Assembly: GCA_036172245.1 (NCBI GenBank)
Contig: JAYWIR010000024.1
Location: 1,922,001 to 1,986,000 of the forward strand
DNA from: Raillietiella orientalis
Taxonomy: Eukaryota
Direction of reading: 5' to 3'
DNA: 64,000 nt
Part shown: positions 39,858 through 57,296 of the stretch, in pieces
How positions within the stretch are numbered: position 1 is the first letter of the stretch
How the letters are laid out: every line of letters starts with the position of its first letter
Notes under the pieces: model-generated
Databases searched by the model: none
What the model saw: only the letters and a program-made list of their open reading frames with translations
What the model was told of the DNA's origin: nothing
Program-made: the position numbers and the translations under genes

Positions 39858-41644
39858 GGTGCACGCACCCCGTGGAGCATTCCTAGCGCGGACAAAGCGG
39901 ACACCCGCCCACCCCTTCCCCGCCTTCGCCCCCGGGCGTTGCGTCCCGACGGCACAAGGGAGGAAACGCCCGCCTCCCCCTCACGCCTTCTGTACGCATC
40001 GCGAGCCCACCCTGTGACCCTGTTCCGGATGCTCGCGGACTCTTCTGCAAGACCCCCATGAAGCCCCCGGCTGAGACAGACCCAGCACCCCCTCGTAGGG
40101 CGATCCGGGTATGCCCTCATTAAAATTCCGTTGTCGACGCTCGTCCTCCTCCTCTTGCTCCGGATGCTGGGCTGCTTCCGAGACGTCCTCTCCTTCCAGC
40201 AGCGTCACGGGATGGGAATGGGAGTGGCGCCGCTCTTCGTCCGTATCCATCCCGCCACCTCTTCCCGTAGGCCAGGAGCGACCCCCCGCGGTTGGCAGCC
40301 GCACTTCTGCTGCGAAGAGCGGCGATCTCGGCGAGCGGCCTGCCATCTCTCGGGTACGAGAGGAAGGTGGTCCCGGTGCGCCGCGAGCTCTGCTGGAGGG
40401 AACTCGGGAGAACTTGCGATTTGGAGGAGTTCCGGACTGCGGAGACGCGGCATGGGTCCGAGGGCTGTGTCGAAGAGCTGCAAGCTGCTCGCTGGGGCGG
40501 AGGGGGAAAGGGGGAGGGACCGCCTTCGGGATGCGGGCCATGGAACTCCCCCGTCTCGCACGCGGAGACGCAGGCCCCTTCCTTCCCCTTCAGTCTCGAG
40601 AGGGAAAGGACTTCCCCCCTCGCCCTTCCACTATTCCGTAACGTGCGTCGACCGCTCTCCGAGGCTGCGGGAGTTCCTCCCACCCACCTCCCGAGCCCTT
40701 TCGAGAGAGCGCTCGAGTCTAGCGCCTGGGGACGCGCTGGAGGAATTGGAGGACAGGAAGGAAGAAACTCACCAGAAGTCACGCGTGCGAACCTCCCCTC
40801 TCCCTCTTGCCCCCGTAACGCCTGGGACGCCCCTGCCAGCAAACGACAGCGACAGCAGCTCACCGACCGCGAGGCGGTGGCAGTGGCGGTGCGTTCTTCA
40901 GGTCCATGTCTGCCCCTCTTCTCCGGCACTTCCACCCATCCACGCATCCCGAGTGGCCGGAAAACCGAGCCTGCCCCCGGGGATGCGAGAGGTCCCTTTG
41001 GTCACGCACGACGCCTCCACCCCCCTGGTCGCTCGAGGTCGTCACGGCAACCGCGGGACTCCCTTCCGTCCTCCCACCGGAGGGCATTGCTGCCGCCTCA
41101 TGCGCCAGCAGCAGCACGTTCCGGAGACGGGAGGATCCGCTCCCCCCCTTCCTGCTGCCCTCGGCGTTGCTGGGTCACGAAGGGTCTGTGAGCAGCAACT
41201 CGGCGGAAAACCACGACGGCGATGACGGCGGCGCGGGGGATGCAGCAGCACTCCGTCGTCGGGGAACGGCAGCCTCTGGTGACGAAGACGGGGGCAAGTG
41301 CTGGCCTGGCCTCCGAGCGGGGGTCCGGAGGGGACACATCCGCGCCCGGGCAAGCAGGGAGGAGGACGGACGGACCAGCACCGGGACAAAAGCAAGCAGA
41401 AGACCTGGCTTCGAGGGAAACGTTTGAGCCCGTTGGCGTTCTTCCGCGGTCCTCTTCCTCCTCCTGCCTTTAAAGTGGCCTGCGCATCGTGGGGGGAAGA
41501 GGAGGAAGGACGGATGGACGACCCTCCCTCCTTCGCTGCAACAGCGCTCCACAACAGCGACGTCATTGCACGGCCGCTATATGGAACGAACATCTGTGGA
41601 AGGTTCTAACGCCTCTATTTGTGGATACCTTAAATGTTTCGATT

Positions 41645-41650
41645 AATAAA
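41645..41650 (+). terminator. Candidate polyadenylation signal of nAChR beta1
   Basis: First AATAAA I found after the stop codon, located where the GC-rich 3' region switches to AT-rich sequence. Confidence 0.45.
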
Positions 41651-44600
41651 TGTTTAATATCTACTATGACGTAGTAGGAGAAATCTGCACTGGATAACAA
41701 AATCAAAGAATTCAAGGAAATTGAAAATGGTTCATCGTTTTTAATATGTATATACATATGTATTATGTATACATAAATTTATGTCGATTAAATTATATAC
41801 ATAATATAATATATGTAAATTAAATTGTATATATATATAATTCAATTGTATATATAAAATTGGATGTGATTTCATTAAAAAACAGCTATTAAAATATGAG
41901 TTCGAAGGAAGGCGCGGGGAAACAAAATGGCGAACTTGGCTTCCCAACCCCCGCGCCTGCGCGCGCAAGGAGGGAGGGGGAGGGGGGTGACCCCTTAAAC
42001 GTAAGGGGACCACTCGGTTCCCATCTCGAGCGCAAAGAATGTTCCCAGGAAAGAACATCGCCGAACAAATTCCGACGTCATTCGAGCGCGTACATACGCA
42101 GGCGCTGCAAACGATGTGTACGCGTGTTGTGCGGGCACGGTGCTCCGTGTGCTTAGGTGCCACGTGCTGTATGTGTGCGACACCGCGTAGCATGCACGCC
42201 GCCCGCATCCTCCAAACATCACCGACACTCCTGAATTCGGCGTTGATGCTGCTGCACCGATGACTTCCGTTCAACGCCCGCAGGCATCACTGGACCCCAG
42301 GGGGGTGCGATCCCAATACTGTGGCAGGCGCGGCGAACGTGAATCCCTCCCGCACCTGCCTATGGATTGTGTTGCCCTCCGGCCCCGCTGGGAACGCTTT
42401 GCCGCGATCCTCGGTATCGCGAGTGGCAGCCCCAGGGGAGCATTGAAACCCTTCTTCGTGCGCTACGCACTGCCGCCTGCAGCATCCCTAGCAGCTCTCT
42501 GCTGCCTACGCGGGAACGGCCTGAAGTGATGCAAGAGGACCGAGCGACAGGGGTGCGTCCACTTCGCCGTCCGATTCATGAGGATAACAACAAGATAGCC
42601 CCATCTGAAGGACTGTTTACAGCAAGAGCTCGCTGGCATCCTCGACAAGATGAAGAGGACTGCACTCATCAGGCTGCGATCCCTTCCCGCACCCTCCCGA
42701 GTTTTTTTTGTTCGTTTCTGTTTCTTTTTGCTTGCCCTCTCCCCTCTGCTGCCGTGGCGAGCCTCACCGGTCTGCGTACCGGCATCTCGGCAGGTTCCTT
42801 TGGAAATGGACGTGATTGGACCACCGGTCCAACCACACAGATTGTAAATGCTTGTTTTTTTTTTTTTTTTTTCAAATTAAATAAACGCCCTGGCGTACCG
42901 GATGGGAAGACACTCCTGAATCGTGCAGACGCACCGGGAGCTCCTTGCCCGAACACGCGACCGCTCTCGCTCTCGGGAGTTTCCAATTCTACGAAAGGCG
43001 CTCTTTTTAGCGCTGTGGTTCCTCACTGCAACAGTTTGCGGCACTCGCGACATTCAAAACAAAACGGTGTACACAAGAAATGTGTATTCATTGTTCTCTA
43101 GTCTCATGGAGGAAACCATCCGCATCTGGAAAACAACGGACTGACACACAGATCTTACGAAACCATGTATCTTTTGCACTGTGCATGTGCGTGGGTATAT
43201 GTTTACAGTGCATTACACACTGTTTCCAAGAACAATTCGAGAATACTGGCGGGTTTTTCTTTAGCCCTTCGAATTCTAAGAATTTCCTCTGATGAACCTC
43301 CAGGCTGTAGGCCTGTACAGGAAAGTCTGATTCCTCTCGTTTCGGAGCGGCGTATGGAAAAATTCGTAGTGACCTTTGCATCGACCTTTGCTCTGCGAAG
43401 GGACAAGCGGAAGACAGCTTCCTGATAGAAGGGAGGGGGGACACTGAAGACAGACATCACCTGGAAGCGAAACACCTGGATCGATCAAAAGAACCCATCC
43501 GGCTCTCTGACCCTCAGCGACCAAACATGGTGCTAGATGGCTTGCCCAACTTCCAGCCTCCCTTCGCAAACTGCCGTTAAGGATCTCTGGCCTTCCGCGA
43601 GCATGCAGGAGGAGCGGTTTCTCACTATGCAAATCAACAGAGCGACACAGCTTTAGCAACTGAAACACCGTCATTACGAAAGGTATTTTCCTTCTTTCCG
43701 AATCTCGGTCCGTTCCTACAGATGGCGAGCACCTCTCGGTGCTATCATGGAAAAGACCCGAGTATAGGGGCCTATGGAAGACAGCCGTTAAGGTTGTATG
43801 GGATCGAGGCTTTCATTACAGGACTTCTGCTTTCCGCTTCCCAAGAAACTTCCAAACACGTTCTTTCGGTGTTCTCCAACAAATGCGTTGTTGTGCTTTG
43901 TAAATCGAGGAAGAGGAGGGGGGAAGGAGGGGAACATAGCCCTAACAGATCTCAGGATTCACCCAAAACTGTCCTCATGGTTGCTGCCTTCCACCTAGCC
44001 TGCCACGCTATTTCCGTTCGTCTTCCGCTCACGGACTTGCACGTGCCTTCCAGCTCTCACGCCCACAGTGAAGACACACCAACATGAATGCGAACTTTCT
44101 GTCATCCATCCAGAACCTCATGGAGCGCTTCTCGTTTCCACCGCGCAGTGAGGATCGAGTTCTTCGTACGGCTGCGAGGACGCCAGAAAAGTGGCCGCAA
44201 AGATCGGAACTGAGAGTTTTTGACAACGGATCAGTCGGGACTTCTCATTTATCATTAGGGCTAAATCGATCAAGCATCATCTGAATGCTCAGAATGCACT
44301 GGAACTTGTTTTGGAAGCTGGATGTCTTCCTTAATGCGTTAGATCCACCAGCGGGCGATAACTTCCTCATCATATTAACATCAGTTTACAAGACCTGAAT
44401 CCCGCATCCACTCATCATATAATCTTGAAAACTATAAAGCTTCAAAGACTCATGGAGTGTGAATAAAACCGAAGCAAAGGAGCAGTCGTATAAATTCTTG
44501 TAGTGGAAGTTCCACTGACACCCATGTTTCTCACCTCTTCACGGGAAATAACTACTGCCTTTCTTCCATGGTTGCTGAGGCGAGCTGCAAGCGTCACCAC

Positions 44601-45601
44601 AGCACGAACATTTCGAAAAGCATGAAAGACGAACCTTGAAAAAGATCTCATTGATTTTCACAGACGCAGCGGCAAGAAAATTTCTTTTAAAGGAGTTTGG
44701 GCAGGGGAGCAGAGTTGCATGCGTCTTTCGGGATGGGTAACTGGATTCTTTTCTGGGTTCTTCCAGCCTGCTCCAAGCACTTTGATGATTCTGTTGCTTT
44801 GCATACAGTCAGTCATCGAGTTCAAGAATCTCCGTCCCAGAGAAAGCTAACCCATCAGACAGGATTTTTGTTCCGGGAATACACCAGATAGCTAAGACGG
44901 AATGGAGGCTGCATAAGATTCTTCTGCGCCACCAAAGAATCAACTCTCGGCAACAGAAATCAGAGAGGAATAGTGGATATGGCCAACACACTCAGCATCC
45001 GCAACGGTTGCAAACTGTACACTCTCGATCGCCATCACCTTTCCAAAGAGACAAGAAAATCAGCAACCAAGTTGCTGCGTCGAGTTACATGTCGACTATC
45101 TTTTGAGGAAAGCTCAGTTGCCAGTCCCACGTACGAATATGGCAAGAAAAATGTGCCGTAAGAAAAAAAAAAAAAAAAGCAACGGAAGAACTCTAAAGTG
45201 AAAACCCCCGATGGATTCCCTCCAAACGAGAAAATGCACAGATGCAGGACCTTTTCTTCTCTAAACTTGAAATCACTCTCCTGTGAAAGAGGCAACCCTA
45301 CAGGCATTGCTGCTCGACGACTGCGGAGCTTGGTGTGCAGATACTGTACACCGAAATTCCGCGTCCCACACCGCAGGAACAAGCCGATTTCACACCTAGC
45401 GGAATTGTCTTCCGCAACTTGTACCGAGACTCGAGAACACTCAAGAGAAAGGCGGAGAACAAACGTGAGAATGGGGACTAGAGTAACATTCTCGCCTCAG
45501 AGGGGTGCACAGAAGAATTTGCTGCCTTTTCCGGCAGGAAGGGACTCTACATCGGTCGGACTCAGCTATGAGAAGGCTCTCAAGCGGAGGAGCAGCTTCC
45601 G

Positions 45602-45646
45602 GCTGAAAGGACCCTGAAGTTGGACACCGACTTCAGGGTCCTCAGC
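45602..45646. repeat. Inverted repeat/hairpin (13-bp perfect core, extendable to ~20 bp)
   Basis: AGGACCCTGAAGT (45608-45620) pairs with ACTTCAGGGTCCT (45630-45642). Inner TGG/CCG and outer GCTG/CAGC extend the stem. Confidence 0.85.
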
Positions 45647-46522
45647 AGGGAACAGGCAGCAAGATTCTGACCCCGAAACTCATTTGGAAAATGTAACTGG
45701 ATATTCACCAGATATTCAGACTAGCACCAAAAAACAGCACCAAGGAAAAGCAGGATAAGGTCGGATTACATAAGAGTCGCACACTTCTCAGGGATAATGC
45801 CATGTCATCCGTGCATTTCACTGATTTCCGTGATCTCGTACTGTGTGCAATGCTACAAATTGCATCCTTACTTTCATTTTCATCGGATCTGTTGATCAAG
45901 AAGTAACCCTAACGATATGCGATGTTCAAAATGGCATGCATCCCTCAAGGAAAGGTTAGCATTACATCTACGCCCTCCCTTTCGATGTTGCGTGGTCAGT
46001 TCGCAACCTAGCTTCCTTGATCTCATCACACTTTACCAATTTGCTCTCGCATTGCACTCGAGGTTGACCTCTATACGTCCTCTGGGTATACATATTTAGT
46101 ATATGCACTCTACCACATGCTTGGTAGGTACTCAACATCTCCAACGTAAACCACACCTTACTATACCTTGCAAGCTCTGCATGTTGTGTGGGCGCTTACA
46201 CGTTCGTATTGCTCGGGGGATTATGAATACTTTCAGCCACAATATGTATATATATGGTATAGACACATGTATATAACATATATTCGATGACTGTAACACG
46301 AGTTAATTTTTAGCTTTCGTTGATGATATTACATCTGCACACGCAATCAATATATTCTAACTTAGACCTAGGTCTCCTGAACCTGTAGCTGATACTGGCT
46401 GAAAACACTTCACTTTGGAATTTATTCGTACCACTTCTTAAAATCAGCTTTGATATACATATATATATATATATATATCTGTTTTGGTAAAGAGAAGAGA
46501 AGGACGAGATTCCATCAACAGC

Positions 46523-50786
<4,264 letters not shown>

Positions 50787-53700
50787 CTAAGGATTCGTAG
50801 TAAATACCTGGTACATTTCAGGATTGCGGTTTTTCAAGCGGAACGATTCTAAAAAGCCACAAGTGTCTTACCACGTTTGTAAAGTATCCAATTACTAGGG
50901 GTGTGCTTAATCTTCTTGGAGGGAAAGATCCTTATTATTCCAACGATTCGCATTATTACAACTTCAGTTACGTAGCGCGGAACTTCGATAGCCACATATG
51001 TGAAGTGCTAATAATTCAAGGGCATCATAACCTGATGAAATCACTTCCAAATCTGTACGTGCATATATTAGGGTTCAGGTTTCACTCGAAACTGACACGA
51101 AACTAATGCATTTATTAGTAAATACACAAGTTCATATGTTTGTTCCTCGCATAGATTCCACGGATCACAATTTTTCACTTTCTCGAATTGCGGGCAGCAA
51201 TCGATCCGTGTTTAGAAATTTGGAAGGTGCTCTCAACAAACACTGTGGACCGTACACATGAGCCTCCCACCTTGAATCCATCCACCAAAACAAACACTGA
51301 CACCTAGGGAAGGCAAGTACATGCTTGACAACCCAAGCGAGCGGAAAGAACGGGGGAGGAGAAGGGGGGGGGGGTGACATAACAAATGATCGCAAAGTGT
51401 ACTCACTGAGCGTACACGCGAAAAATGAAATTGCGCAGCAGCCAGCCACAAGGGAAAATCGAAATTCACCGTAACATCCCCCCACCCCCACCCCCACAAA
51501 ACCCAACCGGAGGTGCAACGCACATTTCCCGACCTCAAAGCATTGTCCTGTGAAATGCAAAGCGTTGTCAGCCTCCCTCCACGTTCACACGACCCGATGT
51601 CCGTCTTCTCGCGCTCCTGATAAAAGCTGCTTCCTTTCGTACCGTACACAACAAAGTACACCCTTCGCCTCGAAGCTCGCGGCAACACCTACAGGCGTCT
51701 TGATGGCTTTTGGAAAGCACCCGGGAAAAAAACGTGACCCAGCCTACACGCGGGAAGGCAAACATCGTAATGCCGACCGTCGTTTCAAATCGGTTTTCAA
51801 TGCTCCACACGTGAAGGGAAGTTTCGACCCGAATGCTGAAAACTCTCCCGAAAACCACGGAATTGCTCACCATTTTTTTTTTTTTTTTTCAAAAGGCAGG
51901 GCCTTGCTCGCAGGTTTCATCATCTGCTCTGGTTAGAGCACGCCAAGCGAGAAAGGGAAATTTGAAATGAGCCTCATTCCAGGAACGGGGTTCGGCTATG
52001 AGCCGTATGAGCAACCAGTAATGAGACGATGACTCCAAGTCTGCTTGAAAAAGCCAACATCCTTACCGAATTTCCTACTATTCGGTTTTCCACGTTGCCC
52101 TTCGAATGGGAGTGGCACCTCTGGAATCAGCTGAGAAGGCAGAAAAAAAACATTTGATGCAGAGGCATCAGCGGCCGTTCCTCCATGTTGTTTACACCAT
52201 TATGTCCAGAATATCATTACCAACAACCGTCAATACATGCTGCATAACCCTATGTGATTTTAGACATCCATTTAAGAAGTCTACTAGTCGTTAGTATTAG
52301 ATGAATGAATTTAAAGTGAGAAACAATTTTCGCCTTCATTTTGAATGGCAAATTTGGGAGGAAACTACCGCTTATATTTGGAGCAACCAGAAGTGGGAAA
52401 TTCAGATGAATAACCAATTATCGTCGTCATTATGTTTCCATCTAGGCACACGCAAGATGCACCTCTTATGTGGCTTTTCGTTTACTTCTTTCTTCAAATG
52501 TGGATAAACATCGCAAAAACAAATGTCTGGGACCAAAAATAAGACAGGGGATCAGATGCTTATTGGAACCAGCTACAAACACCATTGATAAACTTCATTT
52601 TCACTACTGCTGCTATGATCCCTAACTTTTATTTATGTACAAACCCTATGAAAAGAGCGTTTGCGAACAAGCCTTTTGTAACCATGTTTGAAATTGACCT
52701 ATTCCTATTGAATATCCTATTCCTAGACTGGAGTTCTCCGGAAACAACTCATCAGAGCTTTGCTTATGAAACAAATGCAGCATCCAATGTTCATCCTATT
52801 CCTTTGGTCGTACGTACCAACCATTTCAAAGACTTTTTCTGTGCGACTTTTTCTTTAAACATGGAAAACAGCTCGTTGCACATGAAGCAGATCATGCTGC
52901 AATTTTTTTCGATTGTACTCAACCGTTTTTTGATTTGTTTTCCTGCAGCGCTTTTTTTAAACCCTTTATGAGCTGGAAAAAAATTAAGAAAAAATCAGAA
53001 TGTGATTACACGTTAGGCAGCATTTGTCTGAGAGAGAGAGAGAGAGAAAAAAAATGCAGAGGTTCACGACCTCCTTGTCTATGGTGCAACCAGGTGTTTC
53101 AGGAAACAGATTTCATTAAAATGTGTAGTAACTGCATTTTCGAAACTCGGATATGTGGGTGCATATACATTTGCCGAATCAATTTAATTTCATTGTGGGA
53201 TAATACACGCAGATTACAGACCATAAGTCAAATGCTAATTGCATCTTTGATTCTTGTAGGAAGGTTGGAAAGCTCTCTCATTTTGAAACCGATGTAGCTG
53301 ACGGGAATTGTTCAGATTTTTGACGTTTGACGTCACATCCCCGCTAAGATCATCATCAGCATACCCAAACCAGGGTACGTTGTACACCCCCTTGGTATTT
53401 AAAAACTGGCCGATGCAAGTTTTCATAATTTTGGAGCGCATTGCAAATTTACAAAAACGCTGCCCACTTAAAATCTCCTCTATCGACGTTAAGTACTGTA
53501 TTTACTGTATATCAGTGCATCTAATCAAAACCTAACCAACCGGAACCACGCATCGGAGAGCGTATGAGTGTGGGTCAATTACAGAATATGGGTTTGGGTC
53601 AATCGCAGAGCCTCAGGATTGATGTGTAAATAAAATACACGTGAAAGCTCGTTGCACTGAAAGGACATGAACAGCGTGCTGAAATTACTTTCTCTCAAGA

Positions 53701-54370
53701 GTTTCCATCGAGATGGTTCTCATTTATTTGGCCGTGCTCCGGTAGATTGGTCACTTTTTGGAGCATATTCGTAGAATCATGAAGCTGCCTTTGCACACAT
53801 AGGAGTTTTTGAGTCTGTTGCCACCTTGAAACTGTGCATAAAACTTCTAGAACTCCATTTTATAAAACATTAACAGACGCTTACCTTGTGGTGTAGCAAG
53901 AACCTAGCAACGGGGTACCACTCTGCCGTATCCTAGCACCTTTCGGGAACGTGTTTCATTCATCTCGGGTTTTTCACATTTACCGCGACTCTCTTTGGTG
54001 GACGTACTATTGTGCGCCTTCGGCCTTATTCCTGAATCTGCTCGGGCTTGGGTTTCGTTCGATGGGTCCAGTTTCATCACGAGGTCATGCACTTCCGAGT
54101 TGAGACAATTTTGGTTGACACTTCATTTTGTTACGCTTTAGCTTCTCGAGAGAGACCCTCCTGATCTGCTACATCTCTATCATCTCATCTTGATCTACAT
54201 ACTCTATTTGTCTTCTTTCTATATTCTAGGGAGTCCATCACTAATGCACTGCATTTATTCTTGGATTCGTTATCTCTTTCTGTTTTGTTTAATTGTCTGA
54301 TGTTTTGATGAAACTAGTTTGTAGAGAGGGGAGGGAAGTTTTGAGAGAAAGAAAATCCTAAATCTACTAC

Positions 54371-54401
<31 letters not shown>

Positions 54402-56467
54402 GCACAAATCACCAGTGTTTAGTTTTTTCATTTCATTTTTTTTATTCCGAATCTTGTCACACATGTTGGTACCTGTTCAGCCTTTACATGAAAACTTACG
54501 CAGAACAGGATGTGCACCTGGCTGATTGTAACGTCATGCTGCAGTCGACAGTGTTGCAACAATGAAATTTATGTATAAATAAAATCTCTCTATGTTATTA
54601 ACACGCCGGGATGTACCACCGGTCGTACACGAATCGTATCTCATTGGGCAGTATGTACCACCGGATGAGACAATACCAGTCTTTTTTTAAATAAAATCTA
54701 TAAAAAGTCTATAAATGAAAAAAAAAACTGGATAGTTGCTGCATGTTTTTGTTTTGGCCATCTTATATTAACAAGGAAGGATAAACAGGTGAGCCACGCA
54801 ACATCATGTGATTTTATGCAAATCGGCCCCGTCCGATGAAGGGAATTGTAAATAACTGAGGCCGCCCTGCGGCGAGACTAAGAGTTGCGGCCCCAGCGTG
54901 GAGGCTCACTTTCCGCCACTTTGGAATACATCGTGTGAGCACGGGAGTAGCCTCTGAGCAACCACATTCTGTTTTTATTTTCAAATCTTCAATTTTTATT
55001 TTTGTTTCTTCCTGCTTAATTGCTTTTTTTTTTGTGGGGGGCAACCCTTTGTATGATTTGCTGGCTGTTCGGCTCACTTCAGTGTGATTTTTCGGTTTCT
55101 ATTGAAACATACCTGTTCACGCATACATACACAACATATAATTTGATGGATCTTTTAAAGCATTCCTTGAAACTATTGTAATTTTCAAATCATCTTCCTT
55201 TGATGTTTCGAAAATCCCTATGAAAAGTTTTTTTTTTTTCAAAAAAAAAAAAAATGTTCCGACTCATTAAGAATACGTCGTCATGCTTATGTTGAGAAAA
55301 ATAAACCGAAATGGAACCAAAAAAAAAATGCTGAATGTAAGGAAACAGGAGATTCGCTACTTTCCATTAGATTATACTACGATTGTCTTGGCAATTTCAA
55401 GATCTAAAGACTGAGATTTATTTTGTCACTGTTCCGTGGTCGATACATTTCAAATAAATAAAATACAATTTCAGCGAAAAATAGAAAATCATCAACTACG
55501 GTACGTCTTGTGCTATTTGTAGTGAATGTTCCAAATCAATCATCATTACTACCATGTGGGTATACATGCCCTGGTCCATTCCGTTGGAGCTGTATTTGCT
55601 TCGTGTTTCCTTCAAACTCCTCTTCCTATATACATATGTGTGTGTATTTACAATCTAGATTGCAAGATTTCACTACAATTCAAAAGAACCCGGAAATTAT
55701 TTAAAGGCACACACGGATGTACACCTGTAGGCGCGCATGTCAAAGAGTCGCGTTATCATCAGTCGCGTTAACCCTTTGGTTTTTTGCTGTCGTTGCCAAG
55801 GCCACCACGGATTCACGTACAGATCAACGTGGAAAAAAACAATACGATCGGGCACTTTACTGATTCAACGTCGACTCCAAGTAGGTGAGATTTCCGCTTT
55901 CATCGACGGACTGCTTGCAAGCACTCGATCTGTCCACTTTTTTGAAAGAGCAGTCGTTCAACCAACTACTTTTTGCGGGGTCACTTCCGGCATGGCAATC
56001 AACTTTGAGACCACCGAGATGTCACAAAATAAGCTTTATTCATATTCATCACATTCACTTGAATAAAATATATGACGGGCACATCTGCGTTATATCCGTA
56101 AACGTGAAACCTTACGACTCGTAGACCTCAAGAAACTCATCTTTTGGGCACACGTTAGATCAGGAGCACACATGAACGTTCTGTGCAAAAAGTATCTATC
56201 TTCAAGAACGAAGGTACTGGTAATTGCACGCACTGTATCGAGGAAATCCTCACGACTTCCGATGCACAATACACTTCCCATGCACAAACAGTAAGCTCAC
56301 CAGTACGAAATAACTGATCATCGATGACAGTTGCAATAAACGCACACGGTTTTTTCCTTGGACCGCACATGTCGGCCGTTCCATCCACCTCTTGGCTTCC
56401 AAGACGTACTGTCTTCAAAGGCACGCACTCCACCTTGCAAACTCTTCATTAAATACAATAAATACTG

Positions 56468-56498
<31 letters not shown>

Positions 56499-56570
56499 AG
56501 CGCACATTTACACGATTCTGTACACTGATCCTTGGTCCAAATGGGGGTGCACGTACAACAGGTGATTACA

Positions 56571-56585
56571 AGAATATTCTAGAAG
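56571..56585 (+). promoter_or_regulatory. Heat-shock element (perfect 3-unit nGAAn inverted array)
   Basis: aGAAt-aTTCt-aGAAg, ~140 bp upstream of the sHSP ATG. Arthropod Inr-like TCAGTT motifs follow at 56651-56656 and 56667-56672. Confidence 0.8.
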
Positions 56586-56724
56586 CACACTGCAAGGACG
56601 TCCCATTTCGCACGGAAGACCTTGGCAACCCGTGATGCAATCCGAAGGCGTCAGTTCGTTATTCACTCAGTTGTGAAGCGGAAGTTCTGGATCGCTTGCG
56701 TGAGCCACAAAACAGCAAATCAGT

Positions 56725-57246
56725 ATGTGGAAAAACCTGGCTGGTCGTCTTCTTCAGCAGCGCGGCGTGTTTTTCACACCACAGTTTAAAATATGGAGCC
56801 GGAGGTGGGATCCTTTCTCGGATGTGAAGTCACTGATGAGGGAAATGGAAAACTCGATGAACATTTTCAACAGAGATTTCGATCGCATTTTCAGAAGCCC
56901 GACTGTTCATGCTCTTCCGGTAGTAGGTCGTCCTGTACCACTGGGAGAATTGTCGGATGCTCTTAACAAGTTCCGTATCAATCTGGACATGTCGATTTTC
57001 AAACCAGAAGATATAAAAATCTCTTTGAAGGACAGACTTCTCACTATACATGCTAAACACGACATGAAAAATGAAGATGGGAGTCAAAAGATATTTCAAG
57101 AAATAACATGGCAGTATGCACTGTCCGAAGATGTGGATGTAGAACAACTTCAATCACTGCTAAATGAAAATGGCATTTTGTGCATTGAAGCACCCCGTAT
57201 TCAAACAGAAAAATCTGGACACCAAATACAAATTGACAAAGAATAA
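56725..57246 (+). CDS. Small heat-shock protein (alpha-crystallin/HSP20 domain), intronless, probably mitochondrial
   Basis: 173-aa ORF with a WDPF motif, alpha-crystallin domain KFRINLDMSIFKPEDIKISLKDRLLTIHAKH...SLLNENGILCIEAP and a C-terminal IxI (IQI). The first 28 aa hold 6 K/R and no D/E. An HSE lies upstream. Confidence 0.92.
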   Translation: MWKNLAGRLLQQRGVFFTPQFKIWSRRWDPFSDVKSLMREMENSMNIFNRDFDRIFRSPTVHALPVVGRPVPLGELSDALNKFRINLDMSIFKPEDIKISLKDRLLTIHAKHDMKNEDGSQKIFQEITWQYALSEDVDVEQLQSLLNENGILCIEAPRIQTEKSGHQIQIDKE

Positions 57247-57296
57247 ATTGAAATAACGAAATTTTAATGATTAAATGTTTTGTCATTTTTGTTGGG

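Noticed and set aside
44330..45900. Possible small spliced minus-strand gene downstream of ClpX
   Set aside because: Only fragments (…VVISREE / FSRLYDEWMRDSGLVN) could be joined, with no start, homology or domain support.
51895..52000. tRNA/SINE-like A-box (TGGTTAGAGC) and GGTTCG
   Set aside because: No cloverleaf stems or proper B-box could be formed.
52720..52760. CTGATGA hammerhead-core-like motif on the minus strand (also at ~27672)
   Set aside because: No correctly placed stem II plus GAAA, and no stems I/III.
54597..54664. TTAA followed by a repeated ATGTACCACCGG, piggyBac-like terminus
   Set aside because: No matching inverted terminus was found in the window.
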